Assembly: GCA_964016885.1 (NCBI GenBank)
Contig: OZ024753.1
Coordinates: 15,438,001-15,502,000, forward strand
Direction: 5' to 3'
Length of the DNA stretch: 64,000 nt
Origin: Eledone cirrhosa
Taxonomy: Eukaryota
The stretch's first letter is position 1; every line of letters begins with the position of its first letter. This document shows positions 13,480-28,842 of the stretch, one piece after another. A model generated the notes under the pieces. It made no database searches. It saw nothing but the letters and a program-made list of their open reading frames with translations, and was not told the DNA's origin. The position numbers and the translations under genes were made by a program.

Positions 13480-16005
13480 TTAGTTTGGGAGTGGTGGTGG
13501 TGATGGTGGTATTAGTTTGGGAGTGGTGGTGGTGATGGTGGTATTAGTTTGGGAGTGGTGGTGGTGATGGTGGTATTATTTTGGGAGTGGTGGTGGTGAT
13601 GGTGGTATTAGTTTGGGAGTAGTGGTGGTGATGGTGATGGTGGTATTAGTTTGGAAGTGGTGGTGGTGATGGTGGTATTAGTTTGGGAGTGGTGGTGGTG
13701 GTGGTGGTATTAGTTTGGGAGTAGTGGTGGTGATGGTGGTATTATTTTGGGAGTGGTGGTGGTGATGGTGATGGTGGTATTAGTTTGGGAGTGGTGGTGG
13801 TGATGGTGGTATTAGTTTAGGAGTGGTGGTGGTGATGGTGGTATTAGTTTGGGAGTGGTGGTGGTGATGGTGGTATTAGTTTGGGAGTAGTGGTGGTGAT
13901 GGTGATGGTGGTATTAGTTTGGAAGTGGTGGTGGTGGTGGTGGTATTAGTTTGGGAGTGGTGGTGGTGATGGTGGTATTAGTTTGGGAGTGGTGGTGGTG
14001 ATGGTGGTATTAGTTTGGGAGTAGTGGTGGTGATGGTGATGGTGGTATTAGTTTGGAAGTGGTGGTGGTGATGGTGGTATTAGTTTGGGAGTGGTGGTGG
14101 TGATGGTGGTATTAGTTTGGGAGTGGTGGTGGTGATGGTGGTATTAGTTTGGGAGTGGTGGTGGTGATGGTGGTATTAGTTTGGGAGTGGTGGTGGTGAT
14201 GGTGGTATTAGTTTGGGAGTAGTGGTGGTGATGGTGGTATTAGTTTGGGAGTGGTGGTGGTGATGGTGGTATTAGTTTGGGAGTAGTGGTGGTGATGGTG
14301 ATGGTGGTATTAGTTTGGAAGTGGTGGTGGTGATGGTGGTATTAGTTTGGGAGTGGTGGTGGTGATGGTGGTATTAGTTTGGGAGTGGTGGTGGTGATGG
14401 TGGTATTAGTTTGGGAGTGGTGGTGGTGATGGTGGTATTAGTTTGGGAGTAGTGGTGGTGATGGTGGTATTAGTTTGGGAGTGGTGGTGGTGATGGTGGT
14501 ATTAGTTTGGGAGTAGTGGTGGTGATGGTGATGGTGGTATTAGTTTGGAAGTGGTGGTGGTGATGGTGGTATTAGTTTGGGAGTGGTGGTGGTGATGGTG
14601 GTATTAGTTTGGGAGTGGTGGTGGTGATGGTGGTATTAGTTTGGGAGTAGTGGTGGTGATGGTGATGGTGGTATTAGTTTGGAAGTGGTGGTGGTGATGG
14701 TGGTATTAGTTTGGGAGTGGTGGTGGTGATGGTGGTATTAGTTTGGGAGTGGTGGTGGTGATGGTGGTATTAGTTTGGGAGTAGTGGTGGTGATGGTGAT
14801 GGTGGTATTAGTTTGGAAGTGGTGGTGGTGATGGTGGTATTAGTTTGGGAGTGGTGGTGGTGATGGTGGTATTAGTTTGGGAGTGGTGGTGGTGATGGTG
14901 GTATTAGTTTGGGAGTAGTGGTGGTGATGGTGATGGTGGTATTAGTTTGGAAGTGGTGGTGGTGATGGTGGTATTAGTTTGGGAGTGGTGGTGGTGGTGG
15001 TGGTATTAGTTTGGGAGTAGTGGTGGTGATGGTGGTATTAGTTTGGGAGTGGTGGTGGTGATGGTGATGGTGGTATTAGTTTGGGAGTGGTGGTGGTGGT
15101 GGTGGTATTAGTTTGGGAGTAGTGGTGGTGATGGTGGTATTATTTTGGGAGTGGTGGTGGTGGTGGTGATGGTTGTATTAGTTTGGGAGTGGTGATGGTG
15201 ATGGTGGTATTAGTTTGGGAGTAGTGGTGGTGATGGTGGTATTAGTTTGGGAGTGGTGGTGGTGATGGTGATGGTGGTATTAGTTTGGGAGTGGTGATGG
15301 TGATGGTGGTATTAGTTTGGGAATGGTGGTGGTGATGGTGGTATTAGTTTGGGAGTGGTGGTGGTGGTGGTGATGGTGGTATTAGTTTGGGAGTGGTGGT
15401 GGTGATGGTGATGGTGGTATTAGTTTGGGAGTGGTGGTGGTGATGGTGATGGTGGTATTAGTTTGGGAGTGGTGGTGGTGATGGTGGTATTAGTTTGGGA
15501 GTGGTGGTGGTGATGGTGGTATTAGTTTGGGAATGGTGGTGGTGATGGTGGTATTAGTTTGGGAGTGGTGGTGGTGGTGGTGGTATTAGTTTGGGAGTGG
15601 TGGTGGTGATGGTGGTATTAGTTTGAGAATGGTGGTGGTGATGGTGGTATTAGTTTGGGAGTGGTGGTGGTGGTGATGGTGGTATTAGTTTGGGAGTGGT
15701 GGTGGTGATGGTGGTATTAGTTTGGGAGTGGTGGTGGTGATGGTGATGGTGGTATTAGTTTGGGAGTGGTGGTGGTGGTGGTGGTATTAGTTTGGGAGTG
15801 GTGGTGGTGATGGGGGTATTAGTTTGGGAGTGGTGGTGGTGGTGGTGATGGTGGTATTAGTTTGGGAGTGGTGGTGGTGGTGGTGGTGGTGGTATTAGTT
15901 TGGGAGTGGTGGTGGTGGTGGTGATGGTGGTATTAGTTTGGGAGTGGTGGTGGTGATGGTGGTATTAGTTTGGGAGTGGTGGTGGTGATGGTGGTGGTGG
16001 TGTTT
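13480..16005. repeat. 32/38-bp G-rich minisatellite (TATTAGTTTGGGAGTGGTGGTGGTGATGGTGG)
   Basis: About 2.5 kb of tandem units with variant 38-bp units. Confidence 0.95.
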
Positions 16006-16315
16006 GGGAATGGTGTCGTTGTTAGAGACGGTAGATGTGGACAAGTTATTGCTACTGGTGTCATTGATACTACCAGTGAAATTGCTGTGTTTGCTGAAAC
16101 AAAATGACTTTATATTAGTTCAGGTATTACTTGTAATTATATCGCTCTCTTCTAGAACACCTGAGCTCAGTTTTATTTCTCTGATATATTCAGAAAATCT
16201 ATTGGAATCCCCAAAAGGAAATTCAACGTGAATTCATTGAACAGAAATAATGCTGTGTTTAAAATCATACCGTTATGCAACTTAATTATTGATTAGTATC
16301 ACCGACAGACATTTA

Positions 16316-16726
16316 TCTATATACTGCTAAAACTCTGTGATTGATTGCTTGCTTGTCTGTAATATAATACAGCCAAAAGGGCACATAATGGGAAAATACT
16401 TTGAAGGGTAGTTGGCCCTGAAATTGGGATACAAATGGAATAAAACAAGTTTCGCGTAAATCGGACCACGGGATTCCGAGAAATGGGGTTTTTCCGGGGA
16501 CCTTCATAAACAGAGAAAGAGAAAGGGGGAGAGAGATAGAGAGGAGGAGAAGGGTAGAGAGAAAGAGATAATGGTTGTGAGAGAGTAGATTGAAAGAGAG
16601 GCATAGGGAGGGAGGGAGGGAGGGAGGGAGAGAGTAGGTGGAATTGTTGTGCATATATATATGAGTGTGTGTGTATATATGTATATGTGTGTCTATGACC
16701 AGCGTATATAAATCAGAGACACCCAC

Positions 16727-16822
<96 letters not shown>

Positions 16823-16996
16823 CATATATATGTATACACAACACACACATATATATATATGTACATACACACACGTATATAGATATATATGGGCCTTCCA
16901 GTTTCATTTTCAGATTTTATACATGTCTGTGTATATTTTAATTATTTAAAAAATATTTTGAAGTGAACGTGACCCAACGCGTCACGGGGTGTCTAG
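16316..16996 (+). mobile_element. Non-autonomous Helitron
   Basis: Starts A|TC, ends CTAG|T, with subterminal hairpin CGTGAC/GTCACG (16968-16986). Confidence 0.75.
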
Positions 16997-17069
16997 TATA
17001 CCTTAATTTCAAGAATCGAGTATACCAACACCAGCAGGTGACTGGTAATTATATTTGTTTCTACTTTTC

Positions 17070-17240
17070 GCGCAAGGCCAGCAAATACCCAGTACATTAC
17101 TGGTACTTTATTTTATCGACCCCCTAAGGATGAAAGGCAAAGTTAACCTCGGCGGGATTTTAACTCAGACCGTAAAGGGTCGTAACTATCCTGGAAAGCA
17201 TGGCGTCCGACTCTCTACCGATACTGCCAATCCAACGCCA
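17070..17240 (-). mobile_element. tRNA-derived SINE
   Basis: Reverse-complement homology to 59205-59390. Confidence 0.75.
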
Positions 17241-17344
17241 CTGGTAATTATATTGTTGGCACCGTGGCACTGTAAGTATGAAAGCCAGTGTCGACTTTGA
17301 TAAAAGTCGGACCCGAAAGCGCAACAGAAAGCAGCTAAATCATC

Positions 17345-17645
17345 ATCAGCGTTCTTACGTCAGCTTTTCCACGCTTGCGAGGGTTGAACGAGTCCTTCTC
17401 ATCCCGGCATCTCTCCATTCTCCACGTTCCGTCGTCGTCACCTCCGTAAGTCTCAATGATTTAAGGTTAGTTCTCATCACCACCACTACCACCACTTCCC
17501 ATGTCATCCTCGGTCTACCTCTACTGTGGTTTCCTTCCACTGAAATTCATTTCCTGGCACGTATTTATCCAGTGAATCCTCATCCATGCGTATCACATGT
17601 CTATACCAACGCAGTCTTCTCTTCTGCATACCACCTTGGATTCCT
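17345..17645 (-). pseudogene. RTE-type LINE 3' end
   Basis: EGNHSRGRPRMTW..ERGEWR C-terminal motif; short TGA-repeat tail. Confidence 0.6.
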
Positions 17646-18266
17646 CTAAAGAATTTTGTCCCACCTCAGTACTGATTGCAACAATCCGCCAACGTAACAT
17701 GCGATTAATAGCCTTTACTGCCACACAGATCAGGTCACATACAGAGAAATTGAATACGTGCTGCCTTCAAATTACTAGTTTTCCATATTTCTTCTTGTTT
17801 CCCAAGCAGCTGGGAGTGTCTACATTGTCGTTCTATCAACTTACTACAAAATAAACGGAACAACTTGATAAGAAATATTCGTTTTCTCTTACAAATCACT
17901 ATTCACATGGAAGATAACTCTATATAACATTATCTGTCTCATTTCAATGTCTTCTTCTGCTAAACTAATTCCACGTTGTCGTGTTCGCCAATAATATTTG
18001 TCAGCTACATATTGAAACTCGTCAGTGACACAGTAACTTCCTATTACAGAATTCATTGAACTACAGTAAGGGAGTGAGGGACTTAGTATGTGTGTATATG
18101 TGCGGCGTCCGACTATCCTCCACCTCTTACACTCCGCCTCTTGGTGCCGAGGGGAGGGGAAATACATTTCCACGGGGGACAGCGACGAAGAGGCGCTGGA
18201 ACAGTCACTAAACCTATGTATCTCGTGTTCAATTGGGGGTAACCACAGTAAGTAATACATAGCAGA

Positions 18267-18310
<44 letters not shown>

Positions 18311-18312
<2 letters not shown>

Positions 18313-18507
18313 CGAAGGAAGTGAGGTAAAGAACCAGGTGGACCATAACACACCAGAGTACTCGATAGTATGGGTAGTAGAGTGGGTAATAGGAAAAGAG
18401 TCACGACCCCGACGGCTGAGCTCTCCGGCCATTTCGGCAGCTAGTTCAGAACTAGCTGTCGAAAGGATTGGAGCTCAGCCGTCGGGGTCCTGACTCTTTT
18501 CCTATAT
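18311..18507 (-). mobile_element. GC-rich foldback unit with tail; related copy at 56068-56275
   Basis: GGAAAAGAGTCACGACCCCGACGGCTGAGCTC pairs with GAGCTCAGCCGTCGGGGTCCTGACTCTTTTCC; tail GAGTACTCTGGTG..TATGGTCCACCTG shared with 56222-56250. Confidence 0.65.
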
Positions 18508-18817
18508 ATAATTTTTTTCTTCGGAATTACCTAAAACATATATATATAATTATGTTACAAACAACATAAGACAATTATTCCATTTACCAAAGGTTTAACG
18601 AAGACAGACGAGCTCAACAGAAAAGTCTGAAATCGCTCATCAGAATGAACATTTAATATGGACGTAAGATACGAATTTAAAAACAGAAGCTAATACAATT
18701 GAAAGCGAGGCTGAAATATAATAAAATAAAGATAAGAAATATATAGAATAAAATAAAATAACGGGAAAAATATACACACTGATACAGAAGGTAAGGTCAT
18801 GGGGTAAAAATTAATAC

Positions 18818-18933
<116 letters not shown>

Positions 18934-19034
18934 CATACATATATATATACCTACACACATATATATACTCACACACAGACACACACATACACACATACAT
19001 GCGTACATACACATACGTACATACACACATACAC

Positions 19035-19072
<38 letters not shown>

Positions 19073-19075
<3 letters not shown>

Positions 19076-19288
19076 GGCGTGTGGCTGAGTGGTTAGAGAA
19101 TTGGATTCGCAATCGTAAGGTTGTGAGTTCGATTCCTGGACCAGGCGATGCGTTATATCCTTGAGCAAGACACTTTATTTCACGTTGCTCCTTCTACCTG
19201 GAGTTGCGACCGATAGATAGTATTAGCAATTGGAAAGACCAACGGAAACATTGTTCCCTCGGTCCGATTTGACGAAAGTCGATCGTTC

Positions 19289-19290
<2 letters not shown>
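19073..19290 (+). mobile_element. tRNA-derived CORE-like SINE
   Basis: A box TGGCTGAGTGG, B box GAGTTCGATTCC, CORE-like CCTTGAGCAAGACACTT; reverse copy at 55835-56048. Confidence 0.8.
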
Positions 19291-19322
<32 letters not shown>

Positions 19323-19327
<5 letters not shown>

Positions 19328-19847
19328 TCACAGGAATCAAAGTTATGTTCAAACCATTTATTAGCTGACAACTGACTAACAAAATATCCTCTTGCATTAT
19401 CTACGTTAACTGCCGATGTTGTATTTTAATTTTAATTTTGCTTTGATTCTGTTTTAATATGATTTTAATTTTTGATTTTTAAATTGCCATTCAGAAATAA
19501 TATAATATATGTCACCCCACTGTGCATCAATATATACATATGTATCTGTATGTCTCTTGCGTTGATAAGGAGGTCATGAATGTATACAAACATTGAATAA
19601 TGCTCCGAAGACACCAATCCTCGGTTTGGATGAAACAATTGTAAGATAATAAATGGTTTGAACATAACTTTGATTCCTGTGAATTCTATATAACTGCTCT
19701 GTAGAACAACTGATGTTATTACATTGAGCTATTTATCTTACTGGTAATAAGGTAGTAATAAATTACTGTCTTTCACTGTTTAGGGTTTAAAATATATATA
19801 ACTATAAAAAGTTTTAGTATATACATAACCATAAATAGTATCCTTAA

Positions 19848-19850
<3 letters not shown>
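19323..19850. mobile_element. Inverted pLTR-like unit with degenerate HHR (19603-19653, plus)
   Basis: 19323-19361 is inverted at 19650-19688; CCGAAGA..CCAA/TTGG..GAAAC AATT GTA then AATAAA. Confidence 0.55.
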
Positions 19851-19892
<42 letters not shown>

Positions 19893-20200
19893 TGTAAAAA
19901 AACAACATATGATAATTAATTCATTTACCAGTGGTTTCTTTAAGACATATGTCTTCAGTTGTCAGAAAGAAAAACATGGAATGTTTATTGAATATACACA
20001 AATATATATACATGCGTTAGTATACATAGATACAAATATAAGCGCATTTCCGGTTATTGACTTATATATGTATCCTACTGACCAGACAGCCGACAGAGTA
20101 ACAAATAAAATAGTAAGGTTTAAATATAAACACACGCGTAACTCGTACATAAACACATTGGTGTACAAAAATATATATAAGAGTATGTAAATGAATATAA

Positions 20201-20233
<33 letters not shown>

Positions 20234-20276
20234 TATACACACACACATATATATATATATATACACACTCATATAT

Positions 20277-20315
<39 letters not shown>

Positions 20316-20318
<3 letters not shown>

Positions 20319-21145
20319 TCATTTCATTTATTGATTTATTGATGATTTATCTGAGTGTCCCGAATCTTCCATATCGAACTTATCGGTTATTTGGTTGATT
20401 GTAGACATATTCTACGTGTGACGGTATTTAACGATAGTTATAGCTCTAATTTATTTGAATTATAGAGCCCTCTGCCGCTCATCTCGAATTTTGTTTATCG
20501 TGAACTCGTGCGCCGATTTTTCGATACTCGATTATTCTACTATATTTAGCTCTAGACTTAGCTATTGACCAGTTAATTTTATTGTTCATTTTTTGTCGAT
20601 TCTATTAAATGATGAATAGCCCCTGTTTATTTTAACATGTCTATTGAGCACTCTTATTCTATATGTGTTTTTGCCACACTTTTCCGAATATTTTTGCGGA
20701 TATAAAGGTTATCTCCCTTGCTGAAATCCATGTGCGTATTTTTAGCCTGGGTCTTGTCTTTCCATCCATTCGGACGAAGCTCGTTGATGAAGTAACTCCA
20801 GTCCCCCGCCGTCTGTAAGTCTTATATTTTTATATGAGCTGATAGATGACGGTTTAAGGATTTACAGAAACCCAAGAAGCTAGATATTCCATCTCTCTAG
20901 TGGGTCCGGGTATGCATTTTACATTCATTTCATTTATTGATTTATTGATGATTTATCTGAGTGTCCCGAATCTTCCATATCGAACTTATCGGTTATTTGG
21001 TTGATTGTAGACATATTCTACGTGTGACGGTATTTAACGATAGTTATAGCTCTAATTTATTTGAATTATAGAGCCTCTGCCGCTCATCTCGAATTTTGTT
21101 TATCGTGAACTCGTGCGCCGATTTTTCGATACTCGATTATTCTAC

Positions 21146-21148
<3 letters not shown>
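20316..21148 (+). mobile_element. Partial-tandem unit (~605-bp period) with degenerate long-helix-II HHR
   Basis: 20316-20545 is repeated at 20921-21148; TTGATGA-a-GTAA..CC..GG..TTAC-a-GAAAC at 20784-20871; similar layout at 47100-47640. Confidence 0.55.
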
Positions 21149-21179
<31 letters not shown>

Positions 21180-21210
21180 TATATACACATATATACACAT
21201 ATATATATAT

Positions 21211-21241
<31 letters not shown>

Positions 21242-21694
21242 TACACACACATATATACATATATACATATATATATATATAGACTTCTGGAAATTAAACC
21301 GTTGGAAAAACTACCTGTTGAACAACTCTAATCCATGAATAAGAATAGAATAAGACCAATTTACAATCCATTGCTGTAACTAACTTAAAACATTCAATAT
21401 AAACATTAACTAAAATTTAATTTAACATATGTAATGGAAAAGACTTTGATTTTCTCAACACACAAATTTGAACACTATAATCATATTACATCCGCCATAA
21501 ATTCTAATATATTAACACATTTGCCTGCCATACAGTATTTATTTATTTATCTATATATGCATAATACATTTGCTTATTTCCTTCTCATATATATGACTAA
21601 CGCATGTACACTTTCTACACGCTTGCATATGTACTACTAATGTACTCATTCTTTTTCAATGCCTCTTTAATTATTAGACTATTCTCATATATAT

Positions 21695-22548
<854 letters not shown>

Positions 22549-22581
22549 AATATATATTTATATATATATATAAACATATAT

Positions 22582-22613
<32 letters not shown>

Positions 22614-22619
22614 ACATAT

Positions 22620-22698
<79 letters not shown>

Positions 22699-22699
22699 T

Positions 22700-22767
<68 letters not shown>

Positions 22768-22809
22768 ATATATGTATATATATATATATGTATATATATA
22801 TACATATAT

Positions 22810-22840
<31 letters not shown>

Positions 22841-22847
22841 CATATAT

Positions 22848-22888
<41 letters not shown>

Positions 22889-23516
22889 TACACACATATA
22901 TATACATATATATATATATACATATATATACATATATATATATATACACACATCATATATATATACATACATATATATATACATATACATACACATATAT
23001 ATATACATATATATATACACACACATGCATACACATATGTGTATATATAAAAACACATATATATACGTACATACATAGGCACACACATGCATACATATAT
23101 ATACACACACACATACATATATAAAAAAAGAGAATATATAAAAATACATAAATATACATACGCATGTATGCAGACAGAAATATGGAAATGCATATAATTA
23201 TAAAAGTGTGTATATACGCAGCTAAAAAAATTATAGGGATAAAATTATATACACTATAAGACATACAGCACGTATACACACACATATATAAATATATACA
23301 CGCACCCACATAAACACATATACAAATATGCATGTATATATACACTCATGCACACATGCGTACATGCAGTACATACGCATACACACACATATAAATATAC
23401 ATATACACATATAAATACAAGAATTCACACACAATTATACATAAACACATAAATATATACATACATGAACAGGCATATATCCTTATATATCTATGAATAC
23501 TATATATATAAATTCG

Positions 23517-23577
23517 TATCTGATGAAAACGCAAATATCGTCCCATGATGATATTTGTTTTTGAAATGCGCATAATA
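23517..23577 (+). ncRNA. Type I HHR (ATGCGCAT helix III)
   Basis: TAT-CTGATGA-..CAAATATCGTC/GATGATATTTG..-GAAA TGCGCA TA-ATA. Confidence 0.65.
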
Positions 23578-23648
23578 AAATACATGGAACATTTTTTAAC
23601 CATCTTTTATCTCTCTCTAGTGTGTTACCTTTTCAACATATTGTATTT

Positions 23649-23699
<51 letters not shown>

Positions 23700-23712
23700 A
23701 TATATATGTATA

Positions 23713-24141
23713 TAACCCATGTTATTTTATAACATAATCTTATTAATATACAACGTAACTCCATTGTAAATATTATTATACACTTCCGTGGTATGAAGAA
23801 GCCCCCGTGGCTGAAACCGGTATGATTAATTTATTCTTTATAGATAAATGTTTTGCTCTTATTCTATGAGAAAATCCCATCACCATTTTCTACTGTTTTT
23901 CTTTTTTACTATTATTTATATCAACTCGTGTGTCACTTCTCAACATTCTTTTTATCTAAAGACATTCTTTTCCAATTCCATCCAACCCGTCCCCTCAATC
24001 TATTATATTTTTCATTCTTTTTTCTGATGAAGGACTAGCGTCCGAAACGTTAAGACCCTCTTCCTGCTCTATCAAGTGTTAACCTAATATATACCTTCCA
24101 TTCACTGTTCCGATTGTGTTGTTATTTCTGTTTACCTTTTA

Positions 24142-24145
<4 letters not shown>
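23713..24145 (+). mobile_element. pLTR-like unit with two HHR-like motifs; copies at 49605-50037, 36560-36755, 25485-25640 and 60465-60665 (all minus)
   Basis: CTGATGA aGGAC tagc GTCC GAAACGTT (24024-24051); degenerate ATGAAGA AGCC..GGCT GAAAC CG GTA (23793-23822). Confidence 0.7.
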
Positions 24146-25354
<1,209 letters not shown>

Positions 25355-25671
25355 ATGAGAGGAAAGAGGAATACTGCGTGGTTGCACATGTGTTACATAT
25401 TATAAAATTAGTCCCTCGTCAGTGATTTGCCAACCATCATTGCCAACCGCATATATATATATTATATATATATGTATGTATAATGTAAACAGAAATAACA
25501 ACACAATCGGTACAATATATGGAAGATATATATTAGGTTAACGGTTGATAGAGCAGGAAGCTAGTCCTTCAACAGAAGAAAGAATGAGAAATAAGATAGA
25601 TCGAAGGGACGGAGGGGGGGGGGATGGAATTGGAAATACTCTTTTACCTAAGGTCATGCTGGGGCACCACT

Positions 25672-25709
<38 letters not shown>

Positions 25710-25712
<3 letters not shown>

Positions 25713-26418
25713 AGATTTGAATGGATACAGTTTAGTTGAAAGGAGTTTATTGACACGTGTTTCTATAACAGTTACATAACCTAAGACAGCTGCTATCTAC
25801 AAACTTTTAGTTATGCAGACATTCAATATTTCAATGTTATTATTTACTGTCATTTCATCAGAATAATATTACTGAGGACCTATTTAGTTTTTATAGAGAA
25901 TATTAGGAGGGAGGGGTGAAGTTGTTAGAAGAATAGTTGAAGGAGTGGTTTTTCGATAGCAGTGAGAATTCTTGGTGGCAGTGAGTAATTAGATTCCCAT
26001 CTGTTGTTTTGACATTTTTTATAGAATATATTATTGGTTATTTTTCTAAATCTATAGAAGGATTAGAGATAGTAAAGATATGCGTGGTTGGTTTTGTGTT
26101 TGCACTTAATTAACATTCAGACTTAAATTTTTCTTTCAAGTGTACGTATCCTTTCACCCACGCATTCACACACAAATATATTTGCACACCTCTACAAAAT
26201 ACATATATTGACAATTCACATATTCATACTTACATATATATACACATGCATACACATATATATACACACATGTATTCATGTACATACATACGCGCTCATG
26301 TGTATACATTTTCATACTCAACTTATCTTTATATACACACGTATAGACACACACATATATACATACATACTCTAGTCCATGTGTACACACATACACATAC
26401 ATACACATCCATATACAC

Positions 26419-26491
<73 letters not shown>

Positions 26492-27505
26492 GACATATAT
26501 ATACATATATATATATAAGCACTTTAATACATGAATACACTTACATCTAACTATACACATCAAACATATATATATATTTACTTATTTATATACATTTTCA
26601 CATATATATACATACTTATGGACGTTTTTTGACACATTCATTATCGCATATTTGTACATATTCTCATCAGCATATCTTTCCATTATTAGTGTGGTAATTT
26701 AAGGTTATTAATATATGTTGAGAAGAGATTGTTTTTATATTTTTCTAACTAGATTAAGGTTCATATAGTTGGGGGATGTCCCTCTTTTATGTAATATTCG
26801 GCTTGTAGTGGGAAAAAAGGGTTTTAGTTCTGTGACGGCAGAATAATGTTCGTTCAATTCTGTTATTCAGCAGTTTCTTCTTGTGTGTGATTATGTAATA
26901 AATCTCAAGATTACACAATTTGCAGAAATTTTGGCTCCTGGAAAAGCTTTGGGTTTTAGCTAATTTTTCCCATTTTAGGGTAAACTTTTGATCGCTAAAG
27001 TGCAAACACAAAACCAACCACGCATATCTTTACTATCTCTAATCCTTCTATAGATTTAGAAAAATAACCAATAATATATTCTATAAAAAATGTCAAAACA
27101 ACAGATGGGAATCTAATTACTCACTGCCACCAAGAATTCTCACTGCTATCGAAAAACCACTCCTTCAACTATTCTTCTAACAACTTCACCCCTCCCTCCT
27201 AATATTCTCTATAAAAACTAAATAGGTCCTCAGTAATATTATTCTGATGAAATGACAGTAAATAATAACATTGAAATATTGAATGTCTGCATAACTAAAA
27301 GTTTGTAGATAGCAGCTGTTTTAGGTTATGTAACTGTTATAGAAACACGGGTCAATAAATTCCTTTCAACTAAACTGTATCCATTCAAATCTTTCTATTT
27401 TTCTCCGGATTACTTTTGGAACTACAACTGGAACCGTCGAGCAAACTCTACGTGAGCTGATAATCTACTGTGTGTAATATTTATATTACAACACAACGGA
27501 AAATA

Positions 27506-27510
<5 letters not shown>
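25710..27510 (-). mobile_element. 5'-truncated Nematis-like PLE with inverted pLTR
   Basis: 26787-27000 encodes FCKLCNLEIYYII..LLNNRIERTLFCRHR; 25710-26110 is inverted at 27000-27397; HHRs at 25747-25866 (minus) and 27239-27358 (plus). Confidence 0.85.
27239..27358 (+). ncRNA. HHR with ~90-nt helix II
   Basis: TTATT-CTGATGA-a-ATGACAGT...ACTGTTAT-a-GAAAC ACG(T/G) GTC-AATAA. Confidence 0.75.
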
Positions 27511-27586
<76 letters not shown>

Positions 27587-28206
27587 AAAGAATAGAGGTG
27601 TAACACACAAGTTATTATATATTGGTAAACGGAATAGAAAATGCTGACAAATTGTTCACAGTTGAAAAATGGTTTAATTAGGAATAAAAGAGTATTAGTA
27701 ATTGCATGGGTTAGCATTCAGTTGTGGTTTTAAGTTTTTACCGGTTGCGCATTTCTAAATGCTTTTCAAAAATAATTTTGAGATAGAGTGTCCGTGTTGT
27801 TTGCTCTGATCTGATTAGTTTTGGGAATTCTACCTGTTTTTATGTTAAAAAAGTGGCTCCAGCGTTACGTTGGTGTTGCAAACATTCTTGTGGTCAAAAC
27901 AATTTTGATTGGTCGGTAGAGGTCATGTGAATGTAAAAAATTGATTTTGCGCCAAGACTGTTTTTATGTTAAAAAAGTGGCCCCAGCGCTACTTGGTGTT
28001 TGCAAAAACTCTTGTGGTCAAAACAATTTTGATTGGTCGGTAGAGGTCATGTGAATAAAAAATTGGTTTTGCGCCAAGATTGAGAAATGACTCTTTCACA
28101 ACAAATATGTGTGTGTGTGTGTGTAGTAGTAGTAGTAGTAAGGTGTTCGATGTTGTGATAATGGTTAGCAGGGATGTGTGTCAAATGGCTATTAAGATAA
28201 GTGTGT

Positions 28207-28293
<87 letters not shown>

Positions 28294-28403
28294 GCAGAGT
28301 AATTCGTGGTAGCAGCGATGGTCAGTAAGAATGTGTCTGTACACAATGGGGGGTATTTTAGGATGTCAAAAGATATTTTTCAGCTTTTGTCTTATACGGA
28401 GAA

Positions 28404-28438
<35 letters not shown>

Positions 28439-28672
28439 AGTCTCTTTGTGTGTTAATGTACGCGTGTGTATGTGTGTGTATATATGTGTGTGTGTGGGTG
28501 AGAATGTGTGTGTGTGGGGGTGGACCAGTATTCTTTTCCCCCTGGTAAAATGGTGTACATTATTCGATTTTTTCAGTAAAATCGGTTCTCTTAATAGAAC
28601 ATCAAAAATCTTAACAATAAAAGGTGTGAAATGATATTCACTATATATATATATATATACACATACATATAT

Positions 28673-28724
<52 letters not shown>

Positions 28725-28842
28725 TTATTTTGTGTTGCATCATAGAGCATGTGTGTTTACGTATGTCATTGTGTTTATATGTGGGTAGAGATGTGTGCTG
28801 ATGTAGGTATGTATGTTGACGTGTGTATGTTGTGGGTTCGTC

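Noticed and set aside
17650-18070. Unique-looking stretch that might be a host exon (ORF 17889-18404)
   Set aside because: No recognisable domain, the ORF crosses a TA tract, and there is no supportable splice structure; needs BLASTx or RNA-seq.
19073-19150. tRNA-like sequence
   Set aside because: It is the head of a SINE present in several copies and continues into a CORE-like domain.
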